A stretch of 64,000 nt of DNA from Shewanella sp. (GTDB lineage: Bacteria; Pseudomonadota; Gammaproteobacteria; Enterobacterales; Shewanellaceae), in assembly GCF_048265805.1 (NCBI RefSeq), contig NZ_JBLXAT010000012.1, positions 15,412 through 79,411 on the forward strand, in the 5' to 3' direction. Every line of letters begins with the position of its first letter. Within the stretch, counting starts at the first letter, position 1. Below, one piece after another: positions 48,707-57,709 of the stretch. The position numbers and the translations under genes were made by a program. The notes below the pieces were generated by a model, which worked only from the letters and a program-made list of their open reading frames with translations, was not told where the DNA came from and did no database searches.

Positions 48707-51016
48707 ATGGCCTTTGATGTTGATGAAGAGATTCTGCAGGACTTTTTGATAGAAGCCGGTGAAATTCTTGAATTGCTTCAGGAGCAACTGGTATCGCTGG
48801 AAAATAACCCTGAAGATACCGATTTACTCAATGCCATCTTTCGTGGCTTCCACACGGTAAAAGGTGGGGCTGGCTTTTTAGGGTTAGCGCCGATGGTGGA
48901 CGTCTGTCATGAGGCAGAAAACACCTTCGATCTGCTACGTACCCGCAAACGGGTTGTCAGTGCTGAACTGATGGATATCATTCTGCAAGCGCTCGACGCC
49001 ATCAATATGATGTTCTCACAAACTCAGTCTGGGCAAGAGCAAGAGTCTGCAGATGAAGAACTCCTCGCAAAGTTAAAACTGCTTAGTTCTGGCGCCCCGC
49101 TACCATCTGAAGTGGATGGCGGCGAAGAGATTGAAGAGACGATTGTTGAGCCCGAAGCGGAAGCCGAAGCCGAAGCCGATGATACTGACCAGCTGTTTGA
49201 TGAGATGGTTGATAACGCCGCAGTAACTGAAGAGCCTGTTGCTGCAGAAGCGCCAGCCGCTGCCGGTAGTGACAGCATTGATGATATCGATGAGGCAGAA
49301 TTTGAAGCTTTACTCGATGCGTTGCATGGTCAAGGTAAAGGTCCATCAATAGACGAACAAGTCTCCCCTGCGAGTAATAGTTCATCTCCTTCAACGCAAT
49401 CTTCTACAAGCGCAAGCAGTTCTGATGATATTACCGACGATGAATTTGAATCGTTACTCGACGAATTGCACGGCAAAGGCAAGTTTGCTGGCGATGCGGC
49501 GGCGAAGCCTATTGAAGAAGCGCCGAAGTCGAATGTTGATGCTGATGAAATCACCGATGACGAATTTGAAAAGCTGTTGGATGATCTGCATGGCAAAGGC
49601 GGCGCACCAGGCTTAAATGAAGTTGCCAGCGAGCCCGCAGCTAAGGCGCCTGCAGCTAAAGCACCTGTGCCAGCAAAACCAGCAGCACCAACTAAACCTG
49701 CTGCCCCCGCAGCAAAAGCGCCAGCACCTAAGGCAGCAGCACCTAAAACCGCGCCAGAAGTGACTCCTGCTGCACTGGCGGTCAAAGATACAGAAGCCGC
49801 AGCGCCAGCGAAAGCCGCTGGTAACAGTGTACCGCAAGGTGAAACCACCGTTCGTGTCGACACGGCTCGTCTCGACGAAATCATGAATATGGTCGGTGAG
49901 CTGGTATTGGTTCGTAATCGTTTGATGACGTTGGGTATTTCTCGCGAAGACGAAGTCATGTCCAAAGCGTTGGCGAACCTAGATCTTGTTACGGGAGATC
50001 TGCAAGGTGCGGTAATGAAAACCCGCATGCAGCCAATTAAGAAAGTGTTTGGTCGTTTTCCTCGGGTGGTTCGCGATTTAGCGCGAAGCTTGAAGAAAGA
50101 AATTGATCTGCAAATGGTGGGTGAAGAAACCGACCTTGATAAAAACTTGGTGGAAGCGCTAGCGGATCCCTTGGTGCACTTGGTAAGAAACTCGGTGGAT
50201 CATGGTATCGAAATGCCTGATATCCGCGAACAATCAGGTAAGCCTCGTACGGGGACTATCGTCCTATCAGCTAGTCAGGAAGGTGACCATATCCTGCTGA
50301 AAATCGAAGACGATGGCGCAGGGATGGACCCTGAAAAACTGAAGCAGATCGCCATTACACGTGGTGTACTGGATGACGATGCTGCTGCAAGAATGACCGA
50401 TTCCGAAGCGTATAATCTGATTTTTGCTCCAGGCTTCTCAACCAAGACAGAAATCTCTGATATCTCTGGTCGTGGCGTAGGTATGGATGTGGTTAAAACC
50501 CGCATCACCCAACTTAATGGCTCTGTGCATGTTGATTCAATGAAGGGTAAAGGCACCCGTCTTGAAATCAAAGTTCCATTGACGCTGGCTATTATGCCAA
50601 CACTGATGATTGAAGTCGCCAAACAGGTATTTGCATTACCGCTGTCTAGCGTGAATGAAATTTTCCATTTGGATTTGACTAAAACTAACGTTGTTGATGG
50701 CCAATTGACAGTGACTGTGCGCCAAAAAGCCATTCCGTTGTTTTATCTTGAACACTGGTTGAGCCGAAAAGGTCCTAGCTTCCGTCATGGCGAGAAGAAA
50801 TTCGGTCATGTAGTGATAGTGCAGTTAGGCACTAAACATGTCGGCTTTGTTGTTGATGCATTGATTGGTCAAGAGGAAGTGGTGATCAAGCCACTCGGTG
50901 CGCTGTTACATGGTACGCCGGGTATGGCGGGGGCAACGATTACGTCAGACGGCGGCATTGCCTTGATTCTCGATGTACCGGGCTTACTGAAGCACTATGC
51001 CCGTGCGAAGAACTAA
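48707..51016 (+). CDS. cheA: Chemotaxis histidine kinase CheA
   Basis: HPt domain FRGFHTVKGGAG. After a long low-complexity linker come the dimerisation region RVDTARLDEIMNMVGELV, the HATPase domain (HLVRNSVDHGIE, DDGAGMD, GRGVGMD), and a CheW-like P5 domain. Confidence 0.95.
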   Translation: MAFDVDEEILQDFLIEAGEILELLQEQLVSLENNPEDTDLLNAIFRGFHTVKGGAGFLGLAPMVDVCHEAENTFDLLRTRKRVVSAELMDIILQALDAINMMFSQTQSGQEQESADEELLAKLKLLSSGAPLPSEVDGGEEIEETIVEPEAEAEAEADDTDQLFDEMVDNAAVTEEPVAAEAPAAAGSDSIDDIDEAEFEALLDALHGQGKGPSIDEQVSPASNSSSPSTQSSTSASSSDDITDDEFESLLDELHGKGKFAGDAAAKPIEEAPKSNVDADEITDDEFEKLLDDLHGKGGAPGLNEVASEPAAKAPAAKAPVPAKPAAPTKPAAPAAKAPAPKAAAPKTAPEVTPAALAVKDTEAAAPAKAAGNSVPQGETTVRVDTARLDEIMNMVGELVLVRNRLMTLGISREDEVMSKALANLDLVTGDLQGAVMKTRMQPIKKVFGRFPRVVRDLARSLKKEIDLQMVGEETDLDKNLVEALADPLVHLVRNSVDHGIEMPDIREQSGKPRTGTIVLSASQEGDHILLKIEDDGAGMDPEKLKQIAITRGVLDDDAAARMTDSEAYNLIFAPGFSTKTEISDISGRGVGMDVVKTRITQLNGSVHVDSMKGKGTRLEIKVPLTLAIMPTLMIEVAKQVFALPLSSVNEIFHLDLTKTNVVDGQLTVTVRQKAIPLFYLEHWLSRKGPSFRHGEKKFGHVVIVQLGTKHVGFVVDALIGQEEVVIKPLGALLHGTPGMAGATITSDGGIALILDVPGLLKHYARAKN

Positions 51017-51036
51017 GCCACGGATAAAGGATTTTA

Positions 51037-52182
51037 ATGGGTATTAAAGTACTAGTCGTAGACGACTCAAGCTTCTTCCGTCGTCGGGTAAGTGAAATTG
51101 TAAACCAAGATCCTGGGCTAGAAGTCGTAGGCATGGCCACTAATGGCGCTGAAGCCGTCAAAATGGTGGCGGAGCTGCGTCCGCAAGTGATTACCATGGA
51201 TATTGAAATGCCAGTTATGGACGGTATTACTGCCGTCCGTAAGATTATGGAAACGCACCCGACGCCTATTTTAATGTTCTCCTCGCTGACGCATGAGGGG
51301 GCTCAAGCGACCTTGGATGCCCTAGATGCTGGGGCGCTAGATTTCTTACCTAAACGTTTTGAAGATATTGCGACCAATAAAGAGGACGCGATTGCGTTGC
51401 TACAACAGCGCGTTAAGGCGTTAGGTCATCGCCGTGTGTTTCGACCTGTTCGGCCAACACATAGTGCGACCACGCGTACAGACAGCTCGGCATCAACGAC
51501 CGCTACGCGCTTGCAACGTTCAACGCCCGCAATGCCAACAAGAGATGAGACCGCGGCTGACTCTCGGCGCAGCAGCGGTACGATGCCGCTCAAAGCCAGT
51601 GGCAAGCGTTATAAAGCGTTGCTAATTGGCACTTCTACTGGTGGTCCGGTGGCATTGCAGCGTATTTTGACGCAGTTTCCTGCGAATTATCCGCATCCTA
51701 TTTTGTTGATCCAACACATGCCCGCCGCGTTTACCCCCGCATTTGCCACCCGTTTGAACGGCTTATGTCAGATTGAGGTTAAAGAGGCTGCTACTGGCGA
51801 TCAAATGCGTCCAGGTTGTGCCTATCTCGCGCCTGGTGGCATGCAGATGATGGTTGAGCGCAGTGGTACGAGTGGACGATTAAAGGTGATTGCTGGCACG
51901 CCAGATATGAATTATAAACCGTCGGTGGATATTACCTTTGCTTCAGCCTCCAAAGTTTTTGGGGGAGATGTATTGGCGGTGGTATTAACCGGAATGGGAG
52001 CTGATGGCCGCGAAGGTGCCAGAATGCTTAAGTCCGCTGGCGCAACGATTTGGGCGCAGGATGAAGCGTCGTCTGTCGTTTATGGTATGCCACAAGCGGT
52101 TGCTGCTGCTGGGATTTCTACTCAGTCAATAGCGTTAGACAATATGGCCGAGGCGATCATTCGAGAATCGGGGCGTGGCTAA
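51037..52182 (+). CDS. cheB: Chemotaxis methylesterase/deamidase CheB
   Basis: REC domain ([13 protein letters not shown]...[12 protein letters not shown]) plus the esterase domain ([22 protein letters not shown]). Confidence 0.95.
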   Translation: MGIKVLVVDDSSFFRRRVSEIVNQDPGLEVVGMATNGAEAVKMVAELRPQVITMDIEMPVMDGITAVRKIMETHPTPILMFSSLTHEGAQATLDALDAGALDFLPKRFEDIATNKEDAIALLQQRVKALGHRRVFRPVRPTHSATTRTDSSASTTATRLQRSTPAMPTRDETAADSRRSSGTMPLKASGKRYKALLIGTSTGGPVALQRILTQFPANYPHPILLIQHMPAAFTPAFATRLNGLCQIEVKEAATGDQMRPGCAYLAPGGMQMMVERSGTSGRLKVIAGTPDMNYKPSVDITFASASKVFGGDVLAVVLTGMGADGREGARMLKSAGATIWAQDEASSVVYGMPQAVAAAGISTQSIALDNMAEAIIRESGRG

Positions 52183-52669
52183 AGAAACGGCAAATACCGG
52201 CTACCGACTCACTATATTTTTATTGAGCATAGCGGTACTGCTGTTCGCCACTTTGACGTGGCAGTATTTTGATAAAAGTCGTCAATTGGCGGCTCAGGTT
52301 GAACAGCTAAAAACATCGCAGATCATGCTGATGGTGCCTGAGCAGCATGCCGCAGCGATCGCACAGTGGATGGAGCAACATCCACAGCAAACCGCCTCGC
52401 TGTTAGAGGTGGTAAAGCCAGTGGTAGAGGGCAAGTTGACTGAGCCGGAAGCGTTAGCACGGCAGCAAGACGCCGGTCGTGGCGTAAGCAATGCACCATC
52501 GGCAGGGTTGGCGCCTCAACCTTTGACAGAAAAAATGCAAAATGTGTCTGAAGAGCCTTCAACCCCGCGACAGGAGCCTCAAGCAAGCTCACTGCCTAAC
52601 GGGGTAACTGTGGCGCCTACAGCACATGGCGGCGTAATTATAACAACACGAGACGTCACTAAGAATTAA
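52175..52669 (+). CDS. Hypothetical membrane-anchored protein, translationally coupled to cheB
   Basis: A GTG start overlaps the cheB stop by 8 nt. There is one N-terminal TM segment ([19 protein letters not shown]), then a Q/A/P-rich region. I recognise no motif. It is the only long ORF filling the 530-nt cheB-parC gap. Confidence 0.55.
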   Translation: MAKETANTGYRLTIFLLSIAVLLFATLTWQYFDKSRQLAAQVEQLKTSQIMLMVPEQHAAAIAQWMEQHPQQTASLLEVVKPVVEGKLTEPEALARQQDAGRGVSNAPSAGLAPQPLTEKMQNVSEEPSTPRQEPQASSLPNGVTVAPTAHGGVIITTRDVTKN

Positions 52670-52713
52670 TCGCGGCGGTTGCCCTGATTAACAAGGACAC
52701 AAGGGGCCTAGAA

Positions 52714-53505
52714 TTGAAAGTCTGGACCATTGCAAATCAAAAAGGCGGTGTGGGGAAAACCACTACCGTAGCAAGCCTTGCCGGCGTATTAGCGGCCCAG
52801 GGGAAAAAAGTGTTGATGATCGACACTGATCCCCATGCATCTTTGGGATATTACCTAGGTATTGATTCTGAAGAGATCCCCGGTTCACTTTACGAAGTAT
52901 TTCTTGCCCATCAGCAACTTTCTCACGAGCTGGTAAGACAGCACATTGTGCCAACTGCCGTGGAGGGTATCGATCTTTTGCCCGCAACCATGGCATTAGC
53001 GACTATTGACCGCTCGCTTGGGCACCAAGAGGGCATGGGGCTGGTGCTACGTAACCTGCTGCAACTTGTGGCAGATGATTACGATGTTGCGTTAGTTGAT
53101 TGTCCGCCAGTGTTAGGCGTGCTAATGGTCAACGCGTTAGCGGCCAGCGACCATATTGTGGTGCCGGTACAGACAGAGTTTTTAGCGATTAAAGGCCTCG
53201 ACCGAATGATTAAAACCATGGAACTGATGGGGCGCTCAAAGAAAGTGCGCTACAGCTTTTCCATTGTGCCTACCATGTATGACCGCCGTACTAAAGCATC
53301 ATCGGCAGCGCTACAACATTTAAGTCAAGTATACGGCGAGACCTTGTGGCCAGATGTCATTCCCGTTGACACAAAATTTAGAGATGCCAGTTTAGCCCAT
53401 TTACCAGCTTCGCATTACGCGCCGCAATCTCGTGGCGTTAAAGCCTATGAGCGTTTATTGGAATATTTGAATAACGGGGAGTTTGCTCATGTCAAAATCG
53501 GTTGA
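52714..53505 (+). CDS. parC: ParA-family ATPase, ParC type (polar positioning of chemotaxis arrays)
   Basis: Deviant Walker A ANQKGGVGKTTT. Its position between cheB and a CheW-like gene plus cheW matches Vibrio parC. TTG start with an AAGGGG ribosome-binding site. Confidence 0.8.
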   Translation: MKVWTIANQKGGVGKTTTVASLAGVLAAQGKKVLMIDTDPHASLGYYLGIDSEEIPGSLYEVFLAHQQLSHELVRQHIVPTAVEGIDLLPATMALATIDRSLGHQEGMGLVLRNLLQLVADDYDVALVDCPPVLGVLMVNALAASDHIVVPVQTEFLAIKGLDRMIKTMELMGRSKKVRYSFSIVPTMYDRRTKASSAALQHLSQVYGETLWPDVIPVDTKFRDASLAHLPASHYAPQSRGVKAYERLLEYLNNGEFAHVKIG

Positions 53506-54493
53506 TGAAACTGTTTTTGATTACTTTAGCGTATTGCTAACAGAGCCCTCGCCTGCGGCTAAAGAGGTTCCTGCATCGTCTGTAGCGGAAGCAAAGCCTC
53601 GTCCTTCCGTAACGGAGAAAGCGCTGCCAAAGTCTGAGGAACAGAAGCCAGTTATATCACCGAAAGCGGTGGTTTCCGAGGCTATGCCCAAACCTGCTGT
53701 CGCGCCGCTGAGTCAAAGTAAAACTGCTATACCCGCGGCCATGTTGGACAAACAAGCACTAGAGCGGTTGTTATCTAGCGTGGTGGCTGAAAACAAAGAG
53801 CACACCGAAGCAACAACCAGCAAAACACAAGTTAAAGAGGTGGCGGATGAAGAGCGTCCAGCACCTAAGTTAACGAAAACTCAGCCTAAAGTTATTACAA
53901 AAACAGCCGAAAAAATTGCTGAAAAACCAGTAGCTGCAATAATTAAAGAGTCAGTAGTTGAGGTGGCCGAGACAGTTGCACCTGTAACGCAAACCGCCGC
54001 AGTACCTCCTGCCGGTACGGTGACATTGGCTGAGCAATTAGATGATGAATTTCAGGTACTGTTTTTTAAAGTCGCTGGGTTGACGCTAGCCGTACCCTTG
54101 GTAAGTCTTGGTGGCATTGTGCAGATTGAGCACATCAGCCACATTATTGGACGCCCCAAATGGTACAAAGGCGTGCAGACCTATCGCGAGTCGCAATTGA
54201 ACGTTGTTGATACTGCAGCGTGGGTTATGCCAGAAAAATATGATGAGAAACTGGCGCAATCCATAAATTATCAATATCTTGTAGTACTAGAGAACAGTAA
54301 TTGGGGGTTGGCTTGCGAGACACTCCTCAATGCGGTGAAAATTAATAAATCCCAGGTGAACTGGCGTGCCAAAGCAGGCAAACGGCCATGGTTAGCTGGA
54401 GTAGTAAAAGAACAGATGTGTGGCATTTTGCATGTGCAAGCCTTAATGGAAATGCTTAATGCCGGCTTGGGTTGTCAAGATCCAATTAACTGA
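53489..54493 (+). CDS. parP: CheW-domain array-tethering protein, ParP type
   Basis: The C-terminal ~150 aa form a CheW-like domain (FQVLFFKVAGLTLAVPLVSLGGIV...). A long P/A/K-rich linker and a short conserved N-terminus (VFDYFSVLL) precede it. Position matches Vibrio parP. Confidence 0.75.
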   Translation: MSKSVDETVFDYFSVLLTEPSPAAKEVPASSVAEAKPRPSVTEKALPKSEEQKPVISPKAVVSEAMPKPAVAPLSQSKTAIPAAMLDKQALERLLSSVVAENKEHTEATTSKTQVKEVADEERPAPKLTKTQPKVITKTAEKIAEKPVAAIIKESVVEVAETVAPVTQTAAVPPAGTVTLAEQLDDEFQVLFFKVAGLTLAVPLVSLGGIVQIEHISHIIGRPKWYKGVQTYRESQLNVVDTAAWVMPEKYDEKLAQSINYQYLVVLENSNWGLACETLLNAVKINKSQVNWRAKAGKRPWLAGVVKEQMCGILHVQALMEMLNAGLGCQDPIN

Positions 54494-54500
54494 GGTAATT

Positions 54501-54992
54501 ATGACTGAATCAAGAAACGTAGCTGCCGTAGCGGCAAAAGATGATGCCGTGCTCCAGTGGGTCACATTTAAACTAGATAATGAAACCTACGGTATCAATG
54601 TGATGCAGGTACAAGAAGTGCTTCGTCATACCGAAATTGCGCCAGTACCCGGTGCGCCTCACTACGTGCTCGGCATTATCAACTTGCGCGGTAATGTCGT
54701 CACGGTCATCGATACCCGTTCCCGTTTTGGCTTGCCATCAGCGGATGTCGATGATTCAACGCGTATCGTGATCATCGAAGCTGAAAAGCAAGTGATCGGT
54801 ATTTTGGTGGATAGCGTGGCTGAGGTGGTGTATTTACGCCGTTCAGAAATCGATAACGCCCCGAATGTTGGTACCGAAGAAAGCGCTAAGTTCATTCAAG
54901 GTGTGAGCAACCGCGGTGAAGAGCTGCTAATTTTGGTTGACCTTGATAAGTTGCTGTCAGATGAAGAGTGGGCAGAGCTGTCTCAAATCTAA
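54501..54992 (+). CDS. cheW: Coupling protein CheW
   Basis: LQWVTFKLDNETYGINVMQVQEVLRHTEIAPVPGAPHYVLGIINLRGNVVTVIDTRSRFGL, 163 aa. Confidence 0.95.
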   Translation: MTESRNVAAVAAKDDAVLQWVTFKLDNETYGINVMQVQEVLRHTEIAPVPGAPHYVLGIINLRGNVVTVIDTRSRFGLPSADVDDSTRIVIIEAEKQVIGILVDSVAEVVYLRRSEIDNAPNVGTEESAKFIQGVSNRGEELLILVDLDKLLSDEEWAELSQI

Positions 54993-55008
54993 GCGTGCTT
55001 TGGTTTAA

Positions 55009-55434
55009 ATGGAAATGGAGTTGCCACCAATGTTAGGCGATGAGCTGTTAATTGCCCTCGGTGCATTATTCGTATTGTTATTGGTGGCGCTTTTCATCCT
55101 CCAGCGTAAGCAAGGTCAGCATTATAAAAATAAAATTGATGCGCTGACCTTGTTAGTCAAAGATGCCGATAAACAGCGTGAAACATTAAAGCAGGAAATT
55201 CAGGAATTACGTAGCGGCACCATAGGTGTCGGCCGCCGCGTGATGGAACTTGAAAAACGTATTGCTGCCCAAGATGTTCGCTTAGATGAATCGGTGCAAC
55301 AAGAGCCGCAGTCTCGCTTGTATAGCCGAGCAATCAAAATGGTGCAGTTAGGCGCCGGTGTTGAGGAGCTAATGCAAGAATGTGAGCTGCCTAAAGCAGA
55401 AGCTGAACTGCTGTTGCGACTGCACCGCCGCTAA
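55009..55434 (+). CDS. fipA: DUF2802-type single-pass membrane protein (FipA-like FlhF partner)
   Basis: An N-terminal TM segment (LLIALGALFVLLLVALFIL), a coiled coil, and the C-terminal motif YSRAIKMVQLGAGVEELMQECELPKAEAELLLRLH, which is characteristic of DUF2802. It sits directly after cheW, as in Vibrio, Pseudomonas and Shewanella. Confidence 0.7.
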   Translation: MEMELPPMLGDELLIALGALFVLLLVALFILQRKQGQHYKNKIDALTLLVKDADKQRETLKQEIQELRSGTIGVGRRVMELEKRIAAQDVRLDESVQQEPQSRLYSRAIKMVQLGAGVEELMQECELPKAEAELLLRLHRR

Positions 55435-55462
55435 TCTCTTGCCAGTATTTGGTTAACTTAAA

Positions 55463-55774
55463 CTATGCTTTTAGCATGATACGTTGGTGCAGGTTATTCC
55501 ACTGCTCTGGAAACTTGCCGTCTAGCATATAAACAAAGGCTATCAGTTCAGCAATCAGCAGGTATAACTCTTTAGGGATCTCCTCACCAATCTCCAGCAT
55601 TTGCAGAAAATTACTTAAATGTGGATCTTCGTGAATGTGCACCCCAGCGTCTTTAGCCACGGCAATAATCTCTTCCGCCAATAACGCCTTACCTTGCGCG
55701 GTAATCTGTGGTGCATTCTTACCATCAAAAAAAAGGGCAGTCGCTTGTTTAGGCGGTTTATGTTGTTCACTCAT
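55463..55774 (-). CDS. Stand-alone FlhB C-terminal-domain homologue (FlhX/YlqH-like; EscU/YscU family, soluble)
   Basis: 103 aa with no TM region. ATALFFDGKNAPQITAQGKALLAEEIIAVAKDAGVHIHEDPHLSNFLQMLEIGEEIPKELYLLIAELIAFVYML aligns with the post-cleavage part of this window's own FlhB (AVAVKYDAKKAAAPYVVAKGTDDIAFKIREIAREYNIAIVSAPLLARAIY...IPDGLFTAVAQVLAYVFQL). Confidence 0.8.
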   Translation of the reverse strand: MSEQHKPPKQATALFFDGKNAPQITAQGKALLAEEIIAVAKDAGVHIHEDPHLSNFLQMLEIGEEIPKELYLLIAELIAFVYMLDGKFPEQWNNLHQRIMLKA

Positions 55775-55776
55775 GG

Positions 55777-57516
55777 TTACACCTTAATCTTAACGAGCAC
55801 ATGATCGCCCGGTAATAACGTGGCGGGGATATTGGCCATATAACTATCAACGCGATCAACGGCAAAACCGACTTGAGTGAGCTTTTGCTGTAATATCGCT
55901 TCAAAGTTATTAATGCGGTCAAGAAGTAACTCGCTATTACTGGCGAGTTCTAAACGTAGTGATTTCCCCTGAACAAACGCATTAACTATCATGGCACCGC
56001 TTGAAAGACTGAATTTCAATTTAAGCTTCCATCCTTTGGTTTGCTGTTGCTCATCAGTGCCATCTTGATATTCAAATTTACCTTCTAATTGCTCAGTATG
56101 ATTATCTAACTGATAGGGCAGAGCAAAATAAAAACCTGTCCCGCCCATCTCCGCCGATGCACTCTGAAATAAGCGGATGGAATGCACCATATGGCTAACA
56201 CTGTCGAAACTTTTGCTATTTTCCAGTGCTTCCAATAGCTTACCGCTACTATTGCTGGCGGCTTGCAACGAGCTTAAATAATTACGCAAGCGAGCAGACA
56301 TTTTATTGCTATCGAGGTTGGGCAGTTTGGCACCAAGCAGCAACTGGAACATAAACGCTACCGAGTCACTTTGAGATGCCGGCGCGCTGGTAAAAGGTTG
56401 TGCTGGTTGAAAGGTGAGTGCTGAGAGTAGCTGTTGCTGCAACACCTCAGGGTCAGCTAATTCGCTCATTAATAACGGGCTTAACGCGGGGAGAACGCGC
56501 ATTAACGCGGTAGCGAGGTTATTTTTGGGTAATGCGATTGTTTCAGTCGTGGCGCTAACGCCCATTTTGCTAAGGTTTTTTTGTAGGATCTGTGCCCCAT
56601 CGACGTTTGTAGCCTGCTGCACTTTCTCTGCGTTTCCCGTGCCGCTCGTTAATCCTGTATCCGTGGCAAAGAGCGATTTGGCTAACAGCGAAAGCGGCGG
56701 GTTATTTATCGGTTTTAGCTCAGCGCCGTAGGTTTTAGCTGTTGCTGAATTTATCGCGTCTGCGGTCATACGCAGTTCTAAAGCAACTTTGTCTGTATTG
56801 GCGGGCTGTAGGCTGCTGCCAAGCGGTGGCCAAGGCAACTTTTCTAACCGGTTGAGCCAGCTTGCAGTGGTTTGCGATATATCATTTTGCGCGACAACAA
56901 GGTAGTTAGGCGTTGACGTGGTGGTTCCTGAAAGAAGAGGGGGGGCTCCTTTCGCTGCCGTTAATGGCAACAGGGGAATGGTAAATTCGCTTTTTACCGG
57001 TTGCAGTTGCAATGCAAGTGAACCGCCAGTGCTGATAATCTTGACCGCATACATGCCTTCACTCAATGCAATGCTGGGTTTAAACGGAACGGTGATGTTC
57101 TCCGGAAACTGTAATTGGCCGTTAGTAAATTGCGCGATAGGTAAGGGGTATCCCTGTGGCCGTTGGGCCAGCAACTGCAGTTGCGCTAGGCCATTATCCC
57201 CAAGCCTGTTTGGGCTAAGTAGTTCAGGAGGCACTTGCTGTAATAGCTTGGCACCTAAAATCACCAAATTGGCTTGTAGCTGAGCGGCCGACGTTTGCGT
57301 TAATAGCTGTAAAACTCGCTCACCAGACGTGGTTTGCAATGCATTGGCCAACTGCGACTGGTATTCAGTTTGAAAATTCTGTCCCTGAATTGCCAGCTTA
57401 ATCGTATCCTGCGTCACCGAAACCTCCACCGGTAGCAAAGCCGTGCTATTGGCCGATACAGGCGGCGTGCTAGGCGGTGGTGACGGTGCTGTGATTGTTC
57501 CGCTCACTGGCTTCAT
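55777..57516 (-). CDS. FliK-like protein (C-terminal Flg_hook-like domain), second copy
   Basis: 579 aa, rich in Q/L/S/P and with no signal peptide. The C-terminus WKLKLKFSLSSGAMIVNAFVQGKSLRLELASNSELLLDRINNFEAILQQKLTQVGF follows the FliK C-domain pattern (L.L.P..LG...V.L....g.v.v.f.......l......L...L...G). Its stop lies 2 nt from the start of the FlhB-CTD-like gene. Confidence 0.6.
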   Translation of the reverse strand: MKPVSGTITAPSPPPSTPPVSANSTALLPVEVSVTQDTIKLAIQGQNFQTEYQSQLANALQTTSGERVLQLLTQTSAAQLQANLVILGAKLLQQVPPELLSPNRLGDNGLAQLQLLAQRPQGYPLPIAQFTNGQLQFPENITVPFKPSIALSEGMYAVKIISTGGSLALQLQPVKSEFTIPLLPLTAAKGAPPLLSGTTTSTPNYLVVAQNDISQTTASWLNRLEKLPWPPLGSSLQPANTDKVALELRMTADAINSATAKTYGAELKPINNPPLSLLAKSLFATDTGLTSGTGNAEKVQQATNVDGAQILQKNLSKMGVSATTETIALPKNNLATALMRVLPALSPLLMSELADPEVLQQQLLSALTFQPAQPFTSAPASQSDSVAFMFQLLLGAKLPNLDSNKMSARLRNYLSSLQAASNSSGKLLEALENSKSFDSVSHMVHSIRLFQSASAEMGGTGFYFALPYQLDNHTEQLEGKFEYQDGTDEQQQTKGWKLKLKFSLSSGAMIVNAFVQGKSLRLELASNSELLLDRINNFEAILQQKLTQVGFAVDRVDSYMANIPATLLPGDHVLVKIKV

Positions 57517-57709
57517 TGTTCCAAATTACCTTTTTAGTACGCTTTTATTCATATTCTGCATTTGACCTAATGAGAATGCACAGTATCCTATACAAGCGAT
57601 GCGCAAAAATGGATATCAAATCGCCTTCTACTAGGAATACTATCGTCCAGTTGGGCAACTTTCTTAAGCAAAACATCTGTAAATAGCATTAACTTTCAAC
57701 GAGTGTAAT

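Noticed and set aside
49154-49177. A tandem hexanucleotide repeat (GAAGCG/GAAGCC, four copies) inside cheA.
   Set aside because: It simply encodes (EA)4 in the acidic linker. It is in frame, short, and is neither a CRISPR array nor a mobile-element repeat. At most it is a minor source of length polymorphism.
49330-50028. A 232-aa ORF antisense to cheA, very rich in A/G/S.
   Set aside because: It mirrors the Ala/Pro/Lys-rich, GC-rich linker of CheA. The opposite strand of such low-complexity coding DNA lacks stop codons by composition alone. It has no ribosome-binding site or promoter and lies entirely inside a well-supported gene.
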